Shown here: positions 16,936-22,680 of the stretch, piece after piece
Position numbering within the stretch: position 1 is the stretch's first letter
Layout of the letters: each line of letters begins with the position of its first letter
Assembly (NCBI RefSeq): GCF_000009965.1
Contig: NC_006624.1
Location: forward strand, 1,110,001-1,142,000
Reading direction: 5' to 3'
Origin: Thermococcus kodakarensis KOD1
GTDB lineage: Archaea; Methanobacteriota_B; Thermococci; Thermococcales; Thermococcaceae
DNA length: 32,000 bases
The notes under the pieces: model-generated
Database searches by the model: none
Told to the model about the DNA's origin: nothing
The model's input: the letters and a program-made list of their open reading frames with translations, nothing else
Program-made: the position numbers and the translations under genes

Positions 16936-17753
16936 TTGGCGAACCCAACGGAACTACCGTTCCGTGCGTTGAAGCAGAGCTTCAACGTCGCGCAGGAAGC
17001 TTTTAGAAAAAGCTTCACCAATGAAACTTTGCAAGCAAAGTTTCATCAAAGTGCGTGGTTCGTGTTTGACGGAGCATTTTGGGCGGATTTTCCTTTTGAA
17101 CGCTGTTGGGAGTGGCGAATTCTATTTTTAATTTGCCCGATCTGTGTGAGTTTGCTTTTTAATTGACGCCCCACGGGCGTCAAGGTGTTAGAAACTCCTT
17201 TTAGAGGGCTGAAATTGGGAATTCACTAATGCTAGCTTGTGTATCTTGAAAATCCTTTTGAATCAGCCAATTGAAAGTAAACCCCTCATAAAACGAGCCT
17301 GTTTAAAAGAGCATATCAACTTTCCGCCATCCGTTAAGGACGCTTGAACGACAGTGAAAGCGGCGCTGAAGCTTTTAGAAAAAGCTTCACCAAAAGTTTG
17401 AATGTCTTCGTGATATTGGCTGAGAATTGGAATTCTCATGACAAATTTGCAGATGAATAGGGGTTTTCTTATTTTTAACGCCTTTCGGGCGTTATACTGC
17501 GAGCAAACCCCTTGAGGATTTCCAATTTATGGTGAGAATCACTGAAAAGCTGGGCACTCAAAAAGGACATTCCATCTTTGATGAAACTTTGCCCACAAGC
17601 TTTTGGAAAAAGCTTGACCAAAAGTTTGTAGCTCTTCTTCAAGGAGAGTTTTATTTTAGGATTTTAGACTGCAAGTGCTCATTTTTGAGTGAGAACCTTT
17701 TAGGAAGCTTCTTGAAGAGGGTGTTTTCTTTTCTTTGACGCCCTTTGGGCGTC
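16936..17753. repeat. three degenerate tandem units of a modular non-coding repeat (palindromic 5' module, variable core, T-run plus GC hairpin)
   Basis: The 26-mer GAAGCTTTTAGAAAAAGCTTCACCAA occurs at 16996-17021 and 17368-17393, and with 3 substitutions at 17596-17621. ATGAAACTTTGC occurs at 17021-17032 and 17581-17592. ACCAAAAGTTTG occurs at 17389-17400 and 17617-17628. GGCTGARAATTGG(G)AATTC occurs at 17207-17224 and 17418-17435. GC hairpins preceded by T-runs lie at 17163-17183, 17476-17494 and 17737-17753. Confidence 0.75.
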
Positions 17754-17899
17754 GATTTTGAGTTAAACACGCACTAACAGGAGAGTTTAGAAGTTCTCTC
17801 TTTTGAACACAATTGCTCGACGAGAAAAATCACATGAAATTGGCATTCTGGAAAAGAGCTACGAGCCTTGATCAAACTTCGCCTGCGCGAAGTTTGTAC

Positions 17900-17977
17900 T
17901 GGTGGGCCCGGGGGGCTTTGAACCCCCGACCACGCGGTTATGAGCCGCGCGCTCTGACCAGGCTGAGCTACGGGCCC
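17900..17977 (-). tRNA. tRNA with CAT anticodon (Met elongator or, given the Ile-like acceptor stem, tRNA-Ile2), CCA encoded
   Basis: Hand-folded cloverleaf: GGGCCCG-TA-GCTC-AGCCTGGTCA-GAGC-G-CGCGG-CTCATAA-CCGCG-TGGTC-GGGGG-TTCAAAG-CCCCC-CGGGCCC-A-CCA (78 nt). Confidence 0.9.
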
Positions 17978-17983
17978 ACCTGA

Positions 17984-18059
17984 TGGCGCCGCCGCCCGGA
18001 TTCGAACCGGGGACCGCCGGATTAACAGTCCGGCGCTCTACCAACTAAGCTACGGCGGC
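17984..18059 (-). tRNA. tRNA-Asn (GTT), CCA encoded
   Basis: Hand-folded: GCCGCCG-TA-GCTT-AGTTGGTA-GAGC-G-CCGGA-CTGTTAA-TCCGG-CGGTC-CCCGG-TTCGAAT-CCGGG-CGGCGGC-G-CCA (76 nt). It lies 6 nt upstream of the CAT tRNA on the same strand. Confidence 0.93.
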
Positions 18060-18087
18060 TCGACCCAATGTAGGGAATGAGAGGTTG

Positions 18088-18128
18088 ATTTATAAATTTT
18101 GCGGTTTTGAGAAAAGAAAAATTTATAA
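18088..18128. promoter_or_regulatory. two back-to-back TATA boxes driving the divergent tRNA genes
   Basis: 'atttataaattt' at 18088-18099 lies about 30 nt upstream of the tRNA-Asn 5' end (18059, minus strand). 'aaatttataa' at 18118-18128 lies about 25 nt upstream of tRNA-Thr (18153, plus strand). Confidence 0.55.
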
Positions 18129-18152
18129 CTACTCATTCAACTCTTATCCCGT

Positions 18153-18229
18153 GCCCCGGTAGCCTAGCCTGGCGGGGCGGCGGACTTGTAATCCGCAGGT
18201 CGCGGGTTCAAATCCCGCCCGGGGCTCCA
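18153..18229 (+). tRNA. tRNA-Thr (TGT), CCA encoded
   Basis: Hand-folded: GCCCCGG-TA-GCCT-AGCCTGGCG-GGGC-G-GCGGA-CTTGTAA-TCCGC-AGGTC-GCGGG-TTCAAAT-CCCGC-CCGGGGC-T-CCA (77 nt). Confidence 0.93.
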
Positions 18230-18900
18230 TCTTCAAACCTTATCGGTTCTCCGAACGCTCTATCTCCGGCGTCTCCGAGGCCCGGAAGTATGTATCCGTG
18301 ATCGTTGAGCTCTCTATCTATTGCCGCCACGAACATTTCGACATCCGGGTGAGCTTCCTTTATCCGGGTTATTCCCTCTGGGGCTGCTAGAACGCCGACT
18401 ACCACGTAGCGCTTGGCGTTACCGTACTTTTTAACCTCATCCAGGACTTTGATGAGCGTTGAGCCGGTTGCTATCATCGGGTCGGCTATTATGACGGTGT
18501 CTTCCGCCTTTATCCTGGGCACTTTGACGTACTTCATCTCAATCTCGAACTTTGGCGCCTTTCCACGGGATGCGGAGACTATTCCAACCCTGGCGTGCTC
18601 GAAAACTTTAATGAGGCCCTCCATTAATGGAATCGCAGCCCTAAGAACGGTGATTATCACGACGTTTCTGCGGTCCTTCACGATTATGCCCTCTGTTTCT
18701 TCCAGCGGCGTTCTGATGGGGACTTTTTCGGTCGCCATAGTCTTGGTTATTTCGTATGCCATGTAACGTCCAAGTTTGACGAGGCCCTTTCTGAACGCTA
18801 TCGGGCCAGTGCTTTCGTCCCTCAACTCCGTGAGAATCTCCATTATGAAGGGGCTGTCCTCAAAAGAGTACACACCTTCCCAGCGCTCGTCCCTCTTCAT
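18208..18900 (-). CDS. upp: uracil phosphoribosyltransferase
   Basis: PRPP-binding loop [13 protein letters not shown] and the C-terminal signature [21 protein letters not shown] precedes ATG18900; the ORF track starts at GTG18909. The last 22 nt of the frame overlap tRNA-Thr on the opposite strand. Confidence 0.92.
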   Translation of the reverse strand: MKRDERWEGVYSFEDSPFIMEILTELRDESTGPIAFRKGLVKLGRYMAYEITKTMATEKVPIRTPLEETEGIIVKDRRNVVIITVLRAAIPLMEGLIKVFEHARVGIVSASRGKAPKFEIEMKYVKVPRIKAEDTVIIADPMIATGSTLIKVLDEVKKYGNAKRYVVVGVLAAPEGITRIKEAHPDVEMFVAAIDRELNDHGYILPGLGDAGDRAFGEPIRFEDGAPGGI

Positions 18901-18970
18901 GGACTTCACCGTTGGGAGTTGGGGCCTGGGTTTATTAGACTTCCGTTTGCCGATTTTTGGTAAGGAAGTG

Positions 18971-20404
18971 CTACTCTTTTGATTCCTCCTCGATAATGCG
19001 CCTCATCCACGTTCCCCTGCTGAACCATATGAATGCCACTATCGCCGCCAAAAAGTTGCTCATGCCCATTCCGAAGAACACGCCCTTTGGGCTCATCCCG
19101 AAGAGCTCCGCGAGCGGAACTCTAAGCCCGAAAACCGTCACAGCCGCGACGTAGCCGAAGACGTAGCTCAGGGGTATCCTGAAGCCCCAGAGGCGAAGCA
19201 TGCTGAGAACCATACTCTTCTTGGTGTGTCCAGCTGAGCTAAAAGTCCTCGTAACAACGACGAAGATTCCATTAAAGAACGGAACGGAAATCAGGAAGTA
19301 TTTGAGGACGTACTCGCTCTGGGCTATGACCTTAGGGTCGTCAAGGAAGACCTTGAATACTGGAACCCTGAAGAGTCCGATTATCAGGATCGCTGAAGAG
19401 GCTATGAGGAAGTTTATAACCATTGCCCTCTCGGCTATCCTCTTGGCCCTCTCGTACCTCTCCGCCCCAATGTTCTGGGCTATCATGGTTCCCATAGCCA
19501 TGCTGACGCCCCTTGCTATGCTCGTGATGAAGTTCACGAGGCGGGTGGTTATTGTGTAGGCCGCGTAGGTCACATCTCCGTACCCGTAGATGATCCTCGT
19601 GAGGACGACAAAGCCGAAGCTGTTGGCTGACTGGCCGACGGCTGAGGGAAGGCCAACACGAAAAATCCTCGAGTAGAACTCCATATCCGGCCTGAGCGTT
19701 TCCCTCGTGAGGTGAAGGCCGGCCCTTCCGCTCGTTAAGAGACGAGCACCTATGAGGGCTCCGGTGGCGTTTGAGAGGACAGTTGCTATGGCCGCCCCAG
19801 CAACACCCCACTCGGGGAAGGGCCCAATTCCGAAGATCAGGAGAGGGTCGAGCAGGATGTTCATGGCAACTGTGAGCATGCTTATCTTCACGGGTGTTTT
19901 TGTATCGCCAGAGGCTCTCATAAGGGCGGAGAACGCCATGAACGTGAAGGAGAAGGGAACACCAGCGAAAACGACGGTGGCGTAGGCCTTGGCGTAGGGG
20001 TAGACGTTTGGAGTGACCTTCATGAAGTGGAGCGCGTAGGGCAGGATTGCCAGGCTTATCAAAGCGGTAGCGGTGGAGAAGAAGAGCATAAGGGAGTAGA
20101 GAGCCCCCGCTGAACGGTTAGCCCTCTCGTAGTTTCCAGCCCCGATGTACTGCCCTACGAAGGCGAAGCCCGCTGTTGCAAATCCCATGCCGAGGGCCAT
20201 GAGGGTTCCTATTATCGGCCAGCTCGTTCCCGGAGCGGCCAGGGCTTCCCTGCCAAGCTTGCCGAGCCAGAAGGTGTCGGTTATGTTGTAGAGAACCTGC
20301 ACGAGGTTGCTGACGATTAGAGGGTAGGCTAACTTGAGGAGGGTCTTCTCTATCGGCCCGTTGAGAATTTCCTGCCTCATTGCCTGAATCTTTCCGCGCT
20401 CCAT
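18971..20404 (-). CDS. MATE family efflux transporter (copy 1)
   Basis: Polytopic ORF with the MATE N-terminal pattern [38 protein letters not shown]. The start is taken at MERGK (ATG20404), by analogy with its paralog. Confidence 0.9.
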   Translation of the reverse strand: MERGKIQAMRQEILNGPIEKTLLKLAYPLIVSNLVQVLYNITDTFWLGKLGREALAAPGTSWPIIGTLMALGMGFATAGFAFVGQYIGAGNYERANRSAGALYSLMLFFSTATALISLAILPYALHFMKVTPNVYPYAKAYATVVFAGVPFSFTFMAFSALMRASGDTKTPVKISMLTVAMNILLDPLLIFGIGPFPEWGVAGAAIATVLSNATGALIGARLLTSGRAGLHLTRETLRPDMEFYSRIFRVGLPSAVGQSANSFGFVVLTRIIYGYGDVTYAAYTITTRLVNFITSIARGVSMAMGTMIAQNIGAERYERAKRIAERAMVINFLIASSAILIIGLFRVPVFKVFLDDPKVIAQSEYVLKYFLISVPFFNGIFVVVTRTFSSAGHTKKSMVLSMLRLWGFRIPLSYVFGYVAAVTVFGLRVPLAELFGMSPKGVFFGMGMSNFLAAIVAFIWFSRGTWMRRIIEEESKE

Positions 20405-20468
20405 CCCTACCACAGTAAGACGGGCATCGAAGCGGGGATATAAAAAGTTAATGGATGTGGAGTTAAAA

Positions 20469-21881
20469 CTAATGTTTCTCGATTATCGCCCTCATCCAGC
20501 TTCCCCTGAGGAACCATGCGAGCGCTATGACCGCTCCAAGAACGTTGCTCAGACCCATTCCAAGCCACATTCCTGCCGTATCTCTCATCAAAACCCCGAG
20601 GCCGTAGCTGAGCGGGAGTCTTATACCCCAGAGGCGGATCATCCCGATGACCATGCTCTTCTTTGTGTGCCCCGCGCTGTTGAACGTGTTGTTCACGGCC
20701 GAGAATATTCCGAAGAACGGAAGCGAGGCGGAGAAGTAAAGGACAACCTTCCTGCTCTCGGCTATTATTGCCGGGTCGTTAATGAAGAACCTGAATATCG
20801 GGACGCGGAAGGCTGCGAAGAGGATCGTCCCAGCGCTCAGGATAGCGAAGTTTATGAGCATCGTCTTCTCCGCTATTTTCTTAGCCCTCTCGTAGAGGCC
20901 CGCTCCAATGCTCTGGCCCACCATAGTCCCCATCGCCATGCTTATGCCGTCGGAGAAGGCGAACATGAAGTTGGTGAGCCTGTTGGTTATGCTGTATGTT
21001 GCGAAAGCCACGTCTTCATAGTGGGGAAGCCCATGTGCCTCTCCGTAGAGCCTTCCAACGGTGAAGATAACCCTCGTGAGGATGACGAAGCCGAGTGCAG
21101 TGGTTGATGAGCCGATGCTTGAAGGCAGGCCAACGCGGAAAATCCTCGAGTAGAAGTGGAAGTCGGGCTTGAGAGTCTCGGGCGTGAGGTGTATGCCCAC
21201 TTTGCCCGTGAACAGGAGATAACCTCCAATGAGGGAGCCGAGGCTGTTGGAGAGCATGGTTGCCACTGCCGCACCAACGACACCAAGCTGTGGAAACGGC
21301 CCCCACCCGAATATGAAGAACGGGTCGAGGACGAGGTTGAGGAGAACCGTGCCGATGTTTATCTTAACCGGCGTCCTCGTGTCGCCAACCGCCCTCAGGA
21401 GGAAGTTGAAGGCGAAGAGCGTGAAGGAAAAGGGTATGCCCGCGAAAATTACCCTCGTGTAGCGGAGGGCGTAGGGGAATATCGTGTCGCTGACACCCAT
21501 CAGGCGGAGGAGGTAGGGAGCGAGTATTACACCAGATACCCCAACAGCAGTCGCAAAGAGGAGCATGAGCGAATATAAAGCCCCAGCGTAGCGGTTGGCC
21601 CTATCGTAGTCCTTCGCCCCAACATACTGGCTCACGAAGGCGAAGCCAGCGGTGGCGAATCCCATCCCTATGCTCATGAAGAACCACACGAGGGGCCACG
21701 CCGTTCCGGGAGCCGAGAGCTCAAGCCTTCCGAGCTTCCCGAGCCAGAAAGTATCGGTGAGGTTATAGAGCACCTGGACGAGCTGGTTGATGATTAGGGG
21801 ATAAGCTAGAATGAGGAGTGTCTTGACTATCGGCCCATTGAGTATCTGCTCGCGCATCCGCTCTACTTTCTCGCTCCGCAT
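20469..21881 (-). CDS. MATE family efflux transporter (copy 2, tandem paralog)
   Basis: [38 protein letters not shown]. It is collinear with copy 1 over its whole length, with clearly more than half of residues identical by eye. It carries a short extra segment (TVGRLYGEAHGLPHYEDV) absent from copy 1. Confidence 0.9.
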   Translation of the reverse strand: MRSEKVERMREQILNGPIVKTLLILAYPLIINQLVQVLYNLTDTFWLGKLGRLELSAPGTAWPLVWFFMSIGMGFATAGFAFVSQYVGAKDYDRANRYAGALYSLMLLFATAVGVSGVILAPYLLRLMGVSDTIFPYALRYTRVIFAGIPFSFTLFAFNFLLRAVGDTRTPVKINIGTVLLNLVLDPFFIFGWGPFPQLGVVGAAVATMLSNSLGSLIGGYLLFTGKVGIHLTPETLKPDFHFYSRIFRVGLPSSIGSSTTALGFVILTRVIFTVGRLYGEAHGLPHYEDVAFATYSITNRLTNFMFAFSDGISMAMGTMVGQSIGAGLYERAKKIAEKTMLINFAILSAGTILFAAFRVPIFRFFINDPAIIAESRKVVLYFSASLPFFGIFSAVNNTFNSAGHTKKSMVIGMIRLWGIRLPLSYGLGVLMRDTAGMWLGMGLSNVLGAVIALAWFLRGSWMRAIIEKH

Positions 21882-21942
21882 GATCGATCAGATGGAAATC
21901 TAAACGTTGGTATAAAAGGTTTATCGTGGATAAAAGAACCAG

Positions 21943-22359
21943 CTACTCTTCCACGATTTTGACATCGAGGTTCAGAAAGTGTCTGTCAAAGGTGTATATT
22001 TCATTTATGTCAAGTTCTCTCATTTTCAGGTAAGCTAAAGCGTCGTTCACGCTCACCCCTTTATCCCGAGCTATGAGAATAGCTTTGAGATAATCCTCAG
22101 TAGCAACGGGGAGGACAATGACGTTCTCAGCGGTTAGGAGGTCTTCAATGAATTCAAGGGCAATGGTTAGGTTTAATTTAGCCTCAAGGATGTTGGCCAC
22201 CTCGCTGAGGTGGACTACTGTGGTTGCCACTTCTTCGCCGTTTTCAATTCTGGTAAGGATTTCTCTTGCCTTTTTCTTTCGTTCCAGCACCGAGGAGGGT
22301 ACTTCTCCCTTTGGTTTAATGACCGCATACAAAAAGACGTTGGCATCGATGAACCTCAT
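21943..22359 (-). CDS. vapC: PIN-domain ribonuclease toxin VapC
   Basis: MRFIDANVFLY starts the protein. Conserved acidic positions are visible in FIDANV, LSEVANILE, VNDALAY and YTFDRHF. It is 138 aa and lies 9 nt downstream of an AbrB-type gene. Confidence 0.88.
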   Translation of the reverse strand: MRFIDANVFLYAVIKPKGEVPSSVLERKKKAREILTRIENGEEVATTVVHLSEVANILEAKLNLTIALEFIEDLLTAENVIVLPVATEDYLKAILIARDKGVSVNDALAYLKMRELDINEIYTFDRHFLNLDVKIVEE

Positions 22360-22368
22360 AGAGATCCC

Positions 22369-22596
22369 TCACTGAGGATTTATGTCCTTGAGAAGCTCCT
22401 TCTCGATGTCTTCTCCCTTCAGCTCGACTTCGAGGATGTCGAAGAACCTTGAAAGCCTGGGCTTCTTCCTGGGAAGTATCTCTATCCTGTCCTCGAGTTC
22501 GACGACTATAACCTCGTTTCCCCACCTCTCACGCCAGGACTTCGGCAAAACCAGCCTTCCCTGGGGATCGACTCTCTTAACTTCCACAGCACCCAT
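22369..22596 (-). CDS. vapB: AbrB/SpoVT-type antitoxin VapB
   Basis: VKRVDPQGRLVLPKSWRERWG is a swapped-hairpin AbrB/MazE-like DNA-binding motif. It is 75 aa with an acidic C-terminal tail. It has its own GGTGAT RBS and a TATA-like 'gtttatttag' upstream. Confidence 0.85.
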   Translation of the reverse strand: MGAVEVKRVDPQGRLVLPKSWRERWGNEVIVVELEDRIEILPRKKPRLSRFFDILEVELKGEDIEKELLKDINPQ

Positions 22597-22680
22597 AGAA
22601 TCACCATTAAGGGATTTAGAATGGAACTAAATAAACCTTTTGCCAAGTGGAGAAAACGAAGTAGAAAAGAGGAGAGGACT

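Noticed and set aside
16936-17166. 76-aa ORF in repeat unit 1
   Set aside because: It starts at TTG with no RBS. The 26-nt module it shares with the 17529..17738 ORF is read in a different frame there, and the middle repeat unit has no ORF at all. Conservation is therefore at nucleotide level, not protein level. The TGA stop lies inside the hairpin TTGACGCC, which is a nucleotide motif.
17529-17738. 69-aa ATG-initiated ORF in repeat unit 3
   Set aside because: The reasoning is the same as for the unit 1 ORF. It has no RBS, it ends at the TGA of the conserved hairpin, and only parts of the shared modules are in the same frame as in unit 1. I cannot fully exclude a small protein, so ribosome profiling or proteomics would settle it.
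16849-17899. Possible CRISPR array
   Set aside because: The repeats are of unequal length (12-26 nt), irregularly spaced (about 370 and 230 nt apart) and in shuffled order. They bear no resemblance to the roughly 30-nt Thermococcales CRISPR repeat, and there are no cas genes in the window.
16849-17899. C/D-box or H/ACA small RNAs in the repeat island
   Set aside because: I scanned both strands for a TGATGA C box paired with a CTGA D box at 50-70 nt spacing. TGATGA occurs at 17578-17584 (plus) and as the complement of 17043-17048 (minus), but with no correctly placed CTGA. I saw no GC-rich H/ACA-type pocket hairpin followed by ACA.
16849-17899. Integrated-element att sites (a direct repeat of a tRNA 3' half)
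   Set aside because: I looked for a second copy of the 3' portions of the three tRNA genes in the island and elsewhere in the window. I found only a faint resemblance (gaacccaacgg near 16941 versus gaacccccgacc in the tRNA). There is no integrase gene. The remnant hypothesis is therefore kept only as an untested possibility.
17859-18044. 61-aa minus-strand ORF, and the 18107..18301 plus-strand ORF
   Set aside because: They are translations across tRNA genes (tRNA-CAT and tRNA-Asn, and tRNA-Thr respectively). The Gly/Pro/Arg-rich sequences are an artefact of the GC-rich tRNA stems.
20451-21107. 218-aa plus-strand ORF antisense to MATE copy 2, and similar ORFs opposite both MATE genes
   Set aside because: It is antisense to a clear polytopic transporter gene. 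Its charged, His/Glu/Arg-rich sequence has no domain signature, so it is a shadow ORF.
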